DNA of 64,000 nucleotides from a virus: positions 96,001 to 160,000 of the IMG/VR virus record IMGVR_UViG_3300022701_000122. One strand, 5' to 3'. Positions 1 through 10,031 of this stretch are shown here, piece by piece; the first letter of the stretch is position 1; each line of letters starts with the position of its first letter. Under the pieces are notes generated by a model. The model made no database searches. It was given only the letters and a program-made list of their open reading frames with translations, and was not told where the DNA came from. A program made the translations under genes and the position numbers.

Positions 1-2
1 AA

Positions 3-179
3 CAGAGAGGATCGCTTGAAGTGATAGGTTGGGGTTCTGATGTTATATCATTTAGAATTCAAAATGGCAAATATATGAATGGTAAATATGCTCTTGTTAA
101 AACAAAAACTACATATGGGACAGATAAGAAACAGCAAAGTTGGTTATTAGTTAAATCAAAAGATGATCAAGAAGATTAA
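3..179 (+). CDS. 3' end of a gene, possibly a LigD-type 3'-phosphoesterase (PE) domain (partial)
   Basis: Frame from nt 3 reads QRGSLEVIGWGSDVISFRIQNGKYMNGKYALVKT...SWLLVKSKD*, resembling the PE-domain end (DRG..E...F.L.G.KL.G.FAL.....WLL.K). Truncated by the window edge. Confidence 0.4.
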   Translation, partial: QRGSLEVIGWGSDVISFRIQNGKYMNGKYALVKTKTTYGTDKKQQSWLLVKSKDDQED

Positions 180-190
180 TAATTTTACAT

Positions 191-3100
191 ATGAAAGGGG
201 CAAATACTATGATGGATAGTTTGCGTGTCGAAAATAGTGATAGTACTAAGATTGAAGAAGATGTTAAGTTTGAAGAAAAAGATCCCTACGAGGGGATAAC
301 TTTTAAAAAAGTACAATCAACCATAAAAAATAAAAACGGAAAAGTTATATTTAATGAAGAAGTTGAATTTCCAGATTATTTTGATGAAAATGATATAAAT
401 ATTGTTGCGAGTAAATATCTTTGTAATTCAGCAAAAGCAAAAGAGACTTCTCTTAAACAAATGGTTGAACGAATTGGCGATACTATAACAGAAATGGGAG
501 ATAAACAGGGATATTTTGATGTTGGTTTAATTGATAAAGAAGAATTTAGATACTGGCTAAAATATTATCAAATTAGACAGTATTGTGCATTTAATAGTCC
601 AGTATATTTTAATGTTGGACTTGAAGATCCGGCTCAGGTATCTGCGTGTTTTATATTAGACATTCAAGACGATATGGATTCTATTTCTGGAATAACCCAA
701 TTAGAAAGTAGAATTTTTAAATGGGGAAGTGGTTCTGGAATTAATATGAGTAATCTAAGATCACGAAAAGAAAAAGTTCGTGGTGGTGGACATGCATGTT
801 TAACTGATGATACAGTTGTATATATAAATGAAGAAAAACGCACAACTATAAAGAATTTATGGAAAATGAAAGTTGATAATATTGATTTTCCAGATATTTT
901 ATCTGCTAAAGATGCAAAACGAATTATTCCGAATAGAATAATTGATATTGTTTATAATGGTCATCAAGTGGTTTATAAAATGGATACATCACTTGGATAC
1001 ACAATAAAAGCAACTATGAATCATAGATTCTTGTCTAAACAAGATGGATGGCAACCATTGGAATACTTTAATGAAGGAGATTGTATAGCAGTATCTGATG
1101 GCGACAAATTAAATTATGATACTATTATAGATATAAATAAATTTGGAAAAGAACACGTATATGATCTTCAAATGGAATCTCCTTTTCATAATTTTATAGC
1201 AAATGGTTTATTATCACATAATAGTGGTCCAACTTCATTTATGAAAACTCATGATACAAATGCTGGTGTAATAAGAAGTGGTGGAACATTACGGAGATCA
1301 GCAAAATTAGTGTGTCTTGATGATTGGCATCCAGATATTCTTCATTTTATAAATTGTAAGAAAAGAGAAGAAGAAAAATTAAGAATATTAATGAATTCTG
1401 GATTTGAACCAGAAGAAGGTTATGATCCATCAGACGATGCTTATTATCAAAATACAAATATATCTGTTCGATTATCTGATGAATTTATGGAGGCAGTGGA
1501 AAATGATGATAAATGGAGTACTAAATATGTATTAACAGGTGAAACTTGTGATACTTATAATGCAAAAGACATTCTAAAAGAAATATCAGAAACTGCATGG
1601 GAGACGGCTGATCCTGGAATTCTATTTTCTGGAGCAATGAATAAATGGAATACTACCAAGAAAGTTGGTGAAATAACAACCTCTAACCCGTGTAATCCTG
1701 ATTGGATTCCAGTTTTAACACCAAATGGTTATAAGAAATTTAGAGATATTAACAATAAAGTATTTGTTGGTGGGAAAGAAAATGAATGTTCAGATCTTAT
1801 TTTTACTGGTACTAAAAAAGTATATGAGATTGTTCTTAAAAGTGGATTAAGATTATACGCTACAGATAATCATAAAATAAATACTGAATATGGAGATGTA
1901 GAAGTTAAAGATCTTACTGTTAATAGTAAAGTAAGAGTTGATTATACAAAAATTCCATATGAATTTGATAAAGAAGAGTTTGAAAAAGGTTTATTGTGTG
2001 GGTTTTTATTTGCAGATGGGACTATAGATAAACATTGTAAATATTTTTGTTTTTCATTGGGAATAGAAGAATTTGATTTTGAACATGTATTTCTAGAACT
2101 TATACATAAATATACTGATAGTGATAAAACATTTAAACCACATGGACAAAAACCAGATACATGTAGATTATTAGGAGTTAATAAAAAGAAAATAGTTGAA
2201 AATTTTTTTAATAATATATTTAAAGCTAAAAATAAGAATGAATTTGATCTTTTTGATCATTCTATTTCTTTTCAAAAAGGTTTTATTCAATCAATGATAT
2301 CGTGTGATGGTCACGTTGTTAATAGTGGATATACTAAACATGTTGGCATTACGCAATCTGGTAAAAAAGGATATAATATATTAAGTCAGATTCAGTTATC
2401 TCTTGCATCTATGGGCATTTATTGTTATTTCGGAATACATAATCATGAAATGTCTGGAATACGTGATGGGAAAGAATTTCATTATAAAACTGTATATAAA
2501 CTTGAAATAAATGATGTTTGGGAATTTGATAAAGAATTTGAATTATATAGTACAAATAAACAAAAAAGAGTTAAAGAGATAGTTTCTATACCAAAATCTC
2601 ACCCAACAAGAATAACTAATCTGAAAACTTTTCAACATATAAAAGAAATAAATGACTATTCTGAGGAAGAAGTTTATGATATTCAAGTTCCAGATATTCA
2701 TTATTTTGTAGCCAGTGGTGTTGTCGTTCATAATTGCGGTGAGTATTTATCTCCTATAATAGAAGAAAATGGTGGTGCTGCTTGTAATCTTGCGTCTTGT
2801 AATTTCTTGAAATTTTTTAAATTTAAACAAGTTGGAGAATCATTTGAAGTTAATTTTGATTTTGAAAATTTTGAGAGATTAATAAAAATAATGATAATTG
2901 CTCAAGATATAATAATTAATGCTGGTAGTTATCCAAATAATAAGATTAGGAATAATGCTGTTAAACTTAGACCACTTGGGTTTGGATTTTCTAATCTTGG
3001 TTCCACTTTGATGAATATGTGTTTACCATATGATAGTGATGAGGGAAGATTATTAGCAAGTTTATTAACATCCTTACTGACATCAACTGCATTTTGTATA

Positions 3101-4438
3101 AGTAAAGATATGGGTCAGAAACTTGGATCATTTGAATTATTTAAAGAAAATGAAGAATCTTTTCGTGATGTGATGGAAATACATAGTGATAAAAATGATA
3201 AATTATATATAGATAATGGTTTTGATAATGATAATAATTTTAGACACAATGAATTATATAATAAAATGTTTACTAAGTGTAGTTCTAATTGGGATAAAGT
3301 TTGTGGTATTAATGATTTTAAAGATGAACCATATGAATTTAGAAATTCACAAGTATCGCTGGCTATGCCCACAGGCACGGTATCATTTTTAATGGGATGT
3401 ACTACAACTGGAATAGAGCCAGAATTTTCACATGTTAAATATAAAACATTAAGTGGAAATGAAGGTGCTATGATGACGATAGTAAATAAAGATGTTTCCA
3501 ATGTATTATTCAGACTTGGTTATACAGCAGAAGAAGTCATGAATATTGAACTTGATTTAAAGCATGATGGTTGTTTGGATAATTGTAATAAAATAAAAGA
3601 AGAACATCTTCCAATATTCGACACATCTACATCAAAAAATACAAATGGTAGAAGTATTCATTATATGGGTCATTTAAAAATGCTTGGTGCTGTACAACCA
3701 TTTTTGTCGGGAGCAATTTCAAAAACCGTTTCGTGTCCAAATAATATAACTCCAGAAGAAATTGGGGATATATATGTTGATGCTTGGAAAAGAGGGTTGA
3801 AAGGATTAACTATTTATAGGGATGGTTCAAAAACATATCAACCATTAAAAACATCAGATGAATGTAAATCAATTGATGTTAAATTAGAAAGAAAAAAGTT
3901 ATTAGATGATAGAGAATCATTAACTCATAAATTCTCATTTGGTGGAATAAAAGGTTATATTACATCTGGTAAATATGAAGATGGAAAATTAGGTGAAGTA
4001 TTTATTACATGTAATAAAATGGGAAGTACTATAAATGGATTACTCGATTCAATTGGTATATTGATGAGTATAAGTCTTCAATATGGTGTTCCACTTGAAG
4101 ATTATGTTCGTAAATTTATGAATACACGTTTTGAACCTGCTGGATTCACTCGTAATCCAGATATTAGATCAACTACAAGTATTGTTGATTATATGGTAAG
4201 ACATCTTGGTAATAGATATCTTACTGAAGATCAAAAAGAAGAACTTGGTCTTAATATTAATAGCCCATGTATTGATAATGGTATTAATCCAGTTATGCAA
4301 TCACAAACGATCCTCACCAATTCAGATATTTCACAAAGTGCGACATTTTGTTCTGAATGTGGTAATATAATGAAACGAATTGGATCAACTTGTTATCAAT
4401 GTGGTCATTGTGGGCATAATACTGGCGTATGTGGATAA
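191..4438 (+). CDS. nrdJ: Class II (B12-dependent) ribonucleotide reductase with two inteins and a C-terminal TSCPD-like/Zn-ribbon region
   Basis: FNSPVYFNVG, QVSACFIL, GSGSGINMSNLR, GGGHA|SGPTSFM, TSNP|CGE, AMPTGTVSFLMG-TTGIEP, GAISKTV, KGLTIYRDGSK; terminal CSEC...CGHC. The start may be the ATG at 209. Confidence 0.95.
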   Translation: MKGANTMMDSLRVENSDSTKIEEDVKFEEKDPYEGITFKKVQSTIKNKNGKVIFNEEVEFPDYFDENDINIVASKYLCNSAKAKETSLKQMVERIGDTITEMGDKQGYFDVGLIDKEEFRYWLKYYQIRQYCAFNSPVYFNVGLEDPAQVSACFILDIQDDMDSISGITQLESRIFKWGSGSGINMSNLRSRKEKVRGGGHACLTDDTVVYINEEKRTTIKNLWKMKVDNIDFPDILSAKDAKRIIPNRIIDIVYNGHQVVYKMDTSLGYTIKATMNHRFLSKQDGWQPLEYFNEGDCIAVSDGDKLNYDTIIDINKFGKEHVYDLQMESPFHNFIANGLLSHNSGPTSFMKTHDTNAGVIRSGGTLRRSAKLVCLDDWHPDILHFINCKKREEEKLRILMNSGFEPEEGYDPSDDAYYQNTNISVRLSDEFMEAVENDDKWSTKYVLTGETCDTYNAKDILKEISETAWETADPGILFSGAMNKWNTTKKVGEITTSNPCNPDWIPVLTPNGYKKFRDINNKVFVGGKENECSDLIFTGTKKVYEIVLKSGLRLYATDNHKINTEYGDVEVKDLTVNSKVRVDYTKIPYEFDKEEFEKGLLCGFLFADGTIDKHCKYFCFSLGIEEFDFEHVFLELIHKYTDSDKTFKPHGQKPDTCRLLGVNKKKIVENFFNNIFKAKNKNEFDLFDHSISFQKGFIQSMISCDGHVVNSGYTKHVGITQSGKKGYNILSQIQLSLASMGIYCYFGIHNHEMSGIRDGKEFHYKTVYKLEINDVWEFDKEFELYSTNKQKRVKEIVSIPKSHPTRITNLKTFQHIKEINDYSEEEVYDIQVPDIHYFVASGVVVHNCGEYLSPIIEENGGAACNLASCNFLKFFKFKQVGESFEVNFDFENFERLIKIMIIAQDIIINAGSYPNNKIRNNAVKLRPLGFGFSNLGSTLMNMCLPYDSDEGRLLASLLTSLLTSTAFCISKDMGQKLGSFELFKENEESFRDVMEIHSDKNDKLYIDNGFDNDNNFRHNELYNKMFTKCSSNWDKVCGINDFKDEPYEFRNSQVSLAMPTGTVSFLMGCTTTGIEPEFSHVKYKTLSGNEGAMMTIVNKDVSNVLFRLGYTAEEVMNIELDLKHDGCLDNCNKIKEEHLPIFDTSTSKNTNGRSIHYMGHLKMLGAVQPFLSGAISKTVSCPNNITPEEIGDIYVDAWKRGLKGLTIYRDGSKTYQPLKTSDECKSIDVKLERKKLLDDRESLTHKFSFGGIKGYITSGKYEDGKLGEVFITCNKMGSTINGLLDSIGILMSISLQYGVPLEDYVRKFMNTRFEPAGFTRNPDIRSTTSIVDYMVRHLGNRYLTEDQKEELGLNINSPCIDNGINPVMQSQTILTNSDISQSATFCSECGNIMKRIGSTCYQCGHCGHNTGVCG
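797..1222 (+). mobile_element. Mini-intein 1 in NrdJ (142 aa, no endonuclease)
   Basis: CLTDDT...ATMNHRF...VYDLQMESPFHNFIANGLLSHN, then Ser+1; removal restores GGGHASGPTSF. Confidence 0.92.
1691..2734 (+). mobile_element. Intein 2 in NrdJ (348 aa) with LAGLIDADG homing endonuclease, at the active-site NPC
   Basis: CNPDW...ATDNHKI...GFLFADG...SMISCDG...VYDIQVPDIHYFVASGVVVHN, then Cys+1; removal restores TSNPCGE. Confidence 0.93.
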
Positions 4439-4441
4439 GTT

Positions 4442-4882
4442 ATGTTGACGATTTTTAATTTTCCAAGAAGAAGCGGTAAAACAAGATTATGTAAGCGACT
4501 ACTCTTAAATAATAAAAAATCAATAGCTGTATTTGTTGAAAATGAAATTGCGAAGAGAAATTATATAAAATTTGTAAATGATAATTATAGAGTATTCGCT
4601 TTACATAATATTTATGATGCGAGAATACAATTAAGCGGTTTGAATATAGATACTTTAATTTTTGATGATTCTTTAAATATAATATATAAATATGAATTAT
4701 TAGCTATTAATGAGTTATCAAACATGTATAATATTATTATAATAGGTACAAATATTTATAGAAAAAGTAAATTCCCATTAAGTATGATCTCTTCTACCAG
4801 TGATAGAATTTTCCATAGTGATTTTTTATGTAAAATAATTAAAATTATTTTTGATATTTCAAACTGTGGTATTGTTATTTAA
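4442..4882 (+). CDS. Hypothetical protein with a P-loop-like N-terminus and the shared C-terminal G-hydrophobic tail
   Basis: FPRRSGKT near the N-terminus, LIFDD (Walker-B-like); ends IIFDISNCGIVI. Confidence 0.6.
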   Translation: MLTIFNFPRRSGKTRLCKRLLLNNKKSIAVFVENEIAKRNYIKFVNDNYRVFALHNIYDARIQLSGLNIDTLIFDDSLNIIYKYELLAINELSNMYNIIIIGTNIYRKSKFPLSMISSTSDRIFHSDFLCKIIKIIFDISNCGIVI

Positions 4883-4888
4883 TATAAC

Positions 4889-4903
4889 GGACAAATGGTA
4901 AAT
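4889..4903 (+). promoter_or_regulatory. Putative promoter motif A (GGACAAA-N3-YAAAT)
   Basis: ggacaaatggtaaat; the same motif is intergenic at 7464, 22884, 26748 and 52112. Confidence 0.4.
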
Positions 4904-4922
4904 GTTCGAAAGGGGTAATAAA

Positions 4923-5093
4923 ATGACAGATAAAAAGAAAATAACGGTAGAAGATGAAATTATAATAAAAGATAGTTTTAATATAAAATCAAAAACACTT
5001 ATCGATGAATATAATATCGAAGAAAATAATCCAATCGGAAATGAAGATAAAGTAAAAAAAGGTAAAGTCAAAAAGACTATTATATTGGAGTAA
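4923..5093 (+). CDS. Small hypothetical protein
   Basis: ORF with an aagggg RBS before the ATG at 4923 (the track extends it to 4902). Confidence 0.55.
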   Translation: MTDKKKITVEDEIIIKDSFNIKSKTLIDEYNIEENNPIGNEDKVKKGKVKKTIILE

Positions 5094-5099
5094 TATAAT

Positions 5100-5510
5100 A
5101 TGATACAAACTAAATCAAAAAGAATTGAATCTCTTATATCTGAATTTAGCAAAAATAGATCTGAATTAGATGATATGCTGAAGGATGTCAAAGAATCACG
5201 ATCTGCTATAGACCAACTTTTGCCGAAAAAAGTTGATTATAAATCTAAATGGGTTATCCAAGAGAGAGTTAAAGCTATAACGGAAATATTGAAAGCTGAA
5301 TTATCAATTCGTAAACATAAAGATGATTCTCTTAGAGTTGAAATTGAATTATTGCGTAAAGTTAGCGATGAAGAACAACAAGAGATTGATTCTAATATGA
5401 TAAGAAAGATTGTTGAAGTTGTTGAAAAGAATGAGTTACTTAAGAAAAAAACAAATAAAGTAACAGATATTAAATATAAAAAGAAAACTGGTGGAGGAAT
5501 TTCAGCATAA
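5100..5510 (+). CDS. Hypothetical coiled-coil protein
   Basis: 136-aa ORF, ggag RBS, heptad-like charged sequence. Confidence 0.7.
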   Translation: MIQTKSKRIESLISEFSKNRSELDDMLKDVKESRSAIDQLLPKKVDYKSKWVIQERVKAITEILKAELSIRKHKDDSLRVEIELLRKVSDEEQQEIDSNMIRKIVEVVEKNELLKKKTNKVTDIKYKKKTGGGISA

Positions 5511-5701
5511 TGAAAGAAAATACGTCAACTAAATTAAATATATTATGGGATAATATTGTATCTATATTTATAGCTGTTAAAAATATAAAACATTATTGTG
5601 GTTTTCATAATGATAAGTGTAAAGTAAGAATTGATGAGCAAGAGGGGATGAGTCAAACGATTTGTAAAATCACAAAAAAAGAAATAAAAGAAAAGAAGTA
5701 A
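5510..5701 (+). CDS. Small hypothetical protein
   Basis: Translationally coupled ORF (TAATG overlap). Confidence 0.55.
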   Translation: MKENTSTKLNILWDNIVSIFIAVKNIKHYCGFHNDKCKVRIDEQEGMSQTICKITKKEIKEKK

Positions 5702-5719
5702 CTTATTAGGAGAATTATT

Positions 5720-7069
5720 ATGATGACAGTTCAAGATAGTTCAACTGGTGTTACTACAAAAGTTGAAAATAGCTCGAATAATGATGATAAAACAGAGTCT
5801 AAAGTAGAAGATGATTTTGAAATATTATCTAATAAAAGTAATGAAGATGTTAAAAAAGAGCAACCAAAAAAAGAACCAGAACCAAAAGAAGAATCAGTCG
5901 ATGCACCAATTGCTGAAAAAGATGAAGATGAAAAATTTGAATTAGCTGATAGTTTCGATGCATTTTTGTCTAAAGATATGAAAGTTGAAAGAAGAATGTC
6001 ATCGATTAAATACATTCCAACTGGAATTGATGTTCTTGATAAAGTAATGGGTGGTGGTGCATCTGTTGGAGTTGTTCAATTTGTTGGTACTCCTGGATCT
6101 GGTAAAAGCCCAATATTAGCTAAAATTATTTCAAATGGTCAACGTTTATATGGAAAGAAATTCAATTCTGTTTTTATAGATAGTGAAGAAACAATGACAA
6201 AAGAAAGATTGTCTCAACTTGGAGTTAATTATCCACCACTTGAACCATATCAAGATATGACAGTTGAAAAAGTTTTTCAAGTTGTTGAAGGAATGTCATT
6301 GTTTAAACAGAAATATCCAGAACTTATTGATATTCCTTGGGTAATTGGTTGGGATAGTATTGCTAATACATTATCTGAAGTTGCAATGGCTACGAATGAT
6401 GTTAATTCTGTTATTGGTCAAAAGGCAAGAGCATTAGCTCATTTTTTACCCAAATATGTTCCAGTAATGAATAAATATTCTATATGTCTTGTATGTGTAA
6501 ATCAATTACGAGACAAAATTGATATGGGTGTATTTAAACAAAAATCAGATCTTAAATTTTTAAGTAATAAAAAATTACCAGGAGGACAATCCTTATTATT
6601 TAACTCTATACAAATAATGAATCTTTCTCCAGTTGGAAAAACCGTAGATGGAGAATATGGATTCAGTGGTCAACGAGTTGAATTCAGAGCTATAAAGAAT
6701 AAGTTATATGCTCCAAATATACCAATTAAAGTGGTATTTAGTTTTGAAAATGGATATTCTAATTTCTATACAAATTTTGAATTATTGAAATCTGCAAAGC
6801 GTATAAAATCTGGTGCGTGGTGTTCTCTTACATCTTGTCCAGAAGTTGGTAACTTTCGTCAGAAACAAGCATTAGAATTTTATAAAACTAAACCAGATTT
6901 TAGAAAAGCATTTGACGCAGATGTAAAAGATGTGTTACAAACTGAATTCGATGATATTTATAAATCTACAAATGAAGAAGATAGCGATTATATTGATGAT
7001 AGTGCAAATATTCCAACTTATAATTATCCAGATGATAATGATTCTACTCAAGAATTATCAAATTGGTAA
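5720..7069 (+). CDS. uvsX: RecA/UvsX-like recombinase with acidic N- and C-terminal extensions
   Basis: IPTGIDVLDKVMGGG, Walker A GTPGSGKS, FIDSEE, WDSIA, NQLRDKI, GG, KNKL. Confidence 0.9.
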   Translation: MMTVQDSSTGVTTKVENSSNNDDKTESKVEDDFEILSNKSNEDVKKEQPKKEPEPKEESVDAPIAEKDEDEKFELADSFDAFLSKDMKVERRMSSIKYIPTGIDVLDKVMGGGASVGVVQFVGTPGSGKSPILAKIISNGQRLYGKKFNSVFIDSEETMTKERLSQLGVNYPPLEPYQDMTVEKVFQVVEGMSLFKQKYPELIDIPWVIGWDSIANTLSEVAMATNDVNSVIGQKARALAHFLPKYVPVMNKYSICLVCVNQLRDKIDMGVFKQKSDLKFLSNKKLPGGQSLLFNSIQIMNLSPVGKTVDGEYGFSGQRVEFRAIKNKLYAPNIPIKVVFSFENGYSNFYTNFELLKSAKRIKSGAWCSLTSCPEVGNFRQKQALEFYKTKPDFRKAFDADVKDVLQTEFDDIYKSTNEEDSDYIDDSANIPTYNYPDDNDSTQELSNW

Positions 7070-7086
7070 AATGGGAGATTATTATT

Positions 7087-7362
7087 ATGAGCGATGAACG
7101 GGTTGCTACTTTAAGAGTTTTATCGAATAAAAGAAGATCTGATGGTAGTTATGATATAAAATATGAATGCTCAATATGTATGCATAAGTTAAACTTGAAA
7201 CTTGTAAGTATAAATACTTTATCAAGTGATATTATTTTATGTAAATCATGTTTAACTGACTGCATTGGTTTAATAGATAAAAGCTATAATATTGATTCAA
7301 GAGTAATAGCTAAAAAAACAGATAAAATAGATAAATATCTGGTCGAAGAAAAGAGTTGTTGA
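7087..7362 (+). CDS. Small Zn-finger protein
   Basis: CSIC...CKSC; the ATG at 7087 has an upstream ggag. Confidence 0.6.
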   Translation: MSDERVATLRVLSNKRRSDGSYDIKYECSICMHKLNLKLVSINTLSSDIILCKSCLTDCIGLIDKSYNIDSRVIAKKTDKIDKYLVEEKSC

Positions 7363-7400
7363 GGGGCAATTATTAAAATATATTCGATCAGAATTTATAA

Positions 7401-7440
7401 ATAGCCATGACATCTTTATTGGTGTTATGGCTATTTTTTT
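7401..7440 (+). terminator. Intrinsic terminator
   Basis: atagccatgacatc / ggtgttatggctat stem followed by a T tract. Confidence 0.8.
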
Positions 7441-7463
7441 ATGTAAAAGGAATTAATAGTTTA

Positions 7464-7478
7464 GGACAAATTATAAAT
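7464..7478 (+). promoter_or_regulatory. Putative promoter motif A
   Basis: ggacaaattataaat just after the terminator, ahead of the structural-gene block. Confidence 0.5.
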
Positions 7479-7539
7479 ATATTATTTATAGTTAGTCTTA
7501 TATCAATTCAAAATAGATAGCTTAAATGGGAGTTTTAAA

Positions 7540-8058
7540 ATGAATGAATCTTTGAAAAGAGAAGTTGTTAAAAAATGGTTTGGTATTGATCGAGTTTTAT
7601 TTGGAGATAAAGATCCAAAAGATGTTTTATCTGCTGAAGATCGTTCTAAATACTTGACCACAAAAGGTAGTCTTCTCGCTAATCTGGCAGAAATGTATCA
7701 TATTATGGATTTTCAAACAGAATCGGTTAATTATAAATCTGAAAGAGAATTTTTTGATGCATGTGTAACTGAAGCAGATGAAGCCATTAAACGTTCTAAA
7801 ACTCTTCTTACGAATGAATCAGTTTTAAAAATGGTTAGAGAAGAAGTTAAAGAAGTTGGTGAATTAGAGCAATTGACTGAAGAGCAAGTTGCAAGATACG
7901 TTGTATTAAAGAGAAAACATGCAACAGCAATTGATTCAATGCTTCATGAAAAATTCATAACTAAAGAAAATCGTAAAAAACTTAGTGATTGGAAGGGTAA
8001 AGTTATTGTAGAAGCATATAAACATTTAAGAAATGCCCTTATAGATTTATCTATGTAA
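7540..8058 (+). CDS. Hypothetical protein (probably virion-associated)
   Basis: 172-aa ORF, ggag RBS, heads an operon leading toward baseplate genes. Confidence 0.7.
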   Translation: MNESLKREVVKKWFGIDRVLFGDKDPKDVLSAEDRSKYLTTKGSLLANLAEMYHIMDFQTESVNYKSEREFFDACVTEADEAIKRSKTLLTNESVLKMVREEVKEVGELEQLTEEQVARYVVLKRKHATAIDSMLHEKFITKENRKKLSDWKGKVIVEAYKHLRNALIDLSM

Positions 8059-8089
8059 ATAGTTGAGTTATATAAAGAGGAATTAAAAT

Positions 8090-9289
8090 ATGGATGCATT
8101 ATTTATTGTACCCGCATTAGTAAGTCCAAATGTAGATTCCAGGCTTGTACCCGCTATTTCTAAGTTAATCGAACGAAATATTCTTTTAACTAATTCTGCA
8201 ATATTTAGATCTGCTGTATTGAAGAAATATAGTGGGATGTTTAAGTCAGTTAGAAGTGAAAATGTTGACTTATTAGAGGGGGGTCCAAAAGGATCGACTC
8301 CTGGTAATAAACAAACAGGTGGATCTGATTCATCGTCTTCAAGTTCATCATCTTCAAGTTCATCATCTGGAAGCAAATTTAATCCAAAAGTAGGAAAAGA
8401 ATTATTTAAAATTGATGCATCTTCTGCTACTCCTAATGAAAAAAAACCTGATAAAAAAACTGTAACCGATGTTGATAAAATAGAATTGCCAGCTGATATA
8501 GTATTTTTTAGTAATATAAGTTTAGAACCAACATTTTTACAAATACCAATATCTGTTAGAAAATCAAGGCTTGGTCAAGTTGGTGGTGCTCTTGCTAATA
8601 TTGCTTCAGGAGGAATGGTTGGAGGTACTAAAGGCGATGCTGGTCGTGTTGCGATTGTTGGTATGAAAGTTGTACCATATGTTGCTAAAGATGTTGATAA
8701 TATTCTTAACATGATGGAACATTTTAAAAGTATGAATTTGATTGAGAAATATTGGTATCGTGGTTGGAATTCAATTAAGAATAGAATACCATTGACAAGC
8801 AGATATTTTAACTATAAAGGTGAAAAAACTGGTAAAGCAACAGATATAATTATGTCACCAAATTCACATGATATAACGAGTTCTAATATACTTAGATTGA
8901 TGATGAGTGCAAGGCAAAAACATTCTTGGACAACATTAGTTATTCTAAGTACACTTGATTTTGGTGATAGTGATATGCGTAAATCGTTATTGCAATATAG
9001 AAATTTGGTACGTGCTGGTTGGGGAGATATGGTTATAGTTAATCCTCATAAAGAAAGTATTAATTTTTGTACTGTCAAAATGGGTGCTTGTTATGAAATT
9101 CAAATGGGATATTTAAGACAAATTCTTAATATATCAAATGTAATTGATTATTCAGAAGTATCCAGATTCACAAAACCATTTAGACTTGGTTCAGTTGGTA
9201 GAGCATTGAAAGAAGATGCTAATGATGATGAATCAGCATCTACAAAAATATCTCAACTAATTGATCAATGTAATTTAATCGGGGTATAA
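8090..9289 (+). CDS. Hypothetical probable structural protein with a poly-Ser linker
   Basis: 399 aa; the Ser run is encoded by a short tandem repeat (tcttcaagttcatca) near 8335-8370. Confidence 0.7.
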   Translation: MDALFIVPALVSPNVDSRLVPAISKLIERNILLTNSAIFRSAVLKKYSGMFKSVRSENVDLLEGGPKGSTPGNKQTGGSDSSSSSSSSSSSSSGSKFNPKVGKELFKIDASSATPNEKKPDKKTVTDVDKIELPADIVFFSNISLEPTFLQIPISVRKSRLGQVGGALANIASGGMVGGTKGDAGRVAIVGMKVVPYVAKDVDNILNMMEHFKSMNLIEKYWYRGWNSIKNRIPLTSRYFNYKGEKTGKATDIIMSPNSHDITSSNILRLMMSARQKHSWTTLVILSTLDFGDSDMRKSLLQYRNLVRAGWGDMVIVNPHKESINFCTVKMGACYEIQMGYLRQILNISNVIDYSEVSRFTKPFRLGSVGRALKEDANDDESASTKISQLIDQCNLIGV

Positions 9290-9290
9290 A

Positions 9291-9947
9291 ATGAGTGGTG
9301 ATAATGAAAATTTAAATGAATTAATGATTCCAGATAATGTTAGACAATTACGTGCAAATATCGAAAATCATGAATTATCTTCTGAAGATTCTCCTTTTAC
9401 GTTATCGTTAAGACGTGAAGAATTCGAAGAAGAAAAAGAAATGAAGCGATTTATTAAAACATGTGAATCAATAATTCGTAAATCACCAGAATATAAAATT
9501 TGGACTAATTATATTAGAGATTCTATAGGAATTGTTAAATGTGCACTAACTAATGAACGTCATGGGCATGTTACATGCGATATCCATCATCACCCTGTAT
9601 CATTATACACTATAGTGAGAGGAATAATAATTGATTATTTAATAAAGGGTGATGATTTTTGTTGTCTTGATGTAGCTATAAAAATACTTGAATTGCATTA
9701 TGAGAATCGAGTTGGTTATATTTCTATCATAAGATCTCTCCATGAAAAATTTCATAATGGTTTTTTAAATTTACCTATGGAATTAGTAATGGGAGATTAT
9801 AAACATTTTATGGATAATTATTATGTTAATTTATCTGATGAAGAAAAAGATATAATTGATTCTCGATTAGCAATAAATCTTGGTAATTGTGGATATGGTA
9901 ATAGTTATAATTGGGGAAACAACAATTATATTGCTGTGAATCAATAG
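9291..9947 (+). CDS. Hypothetical protein with an HNH-like metal-binding motif
   Basis: CALT...CDIHHHP...HEKFHNG. Confidence 0.55.
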   Translation: MSGDNENLNELMIPDNVRQLRANIENHELSSEDSPFTLSLRREEFEEEKEMKRFIKTCESIIRKSPEYKIWTNYIRDSIGIVKCALTNERHGHVTCDIHHHPVSLYTIVRGIIIDYLIKGDDFCCLDVAIKILELHYENRVGYISIIRSLHEKFHNGFLNLPMELVMGDYKHFMDNYYVNLSDEEKDIIDSRLAINLGNCGYGNSYNWGNNNYIAVNQ

Positions 9948-9970
9948 AATAAATAATCGAATTCAAGATT

Positions 9971-10008
9971 TTAAGATTGCTGGATTATTATTCAGCAATC
10001 TTAATTTC
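9971..10008 (+). terminator. Probable intrinsic terminator
   Basis: ttaagattgctgga / ttcagcaatcttaa stem, then ttt. Confidence 0.65.
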
Positions 10009-10031
10009 GTATAAAATAGGAAATTGATTAA

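Noticed and set aside
8330-8372. Short tandem repeat as a possible contingency locus
   Set aside because: In-frame 15-nt units encoding a poly-Ser linker; no frameshift potential evident.
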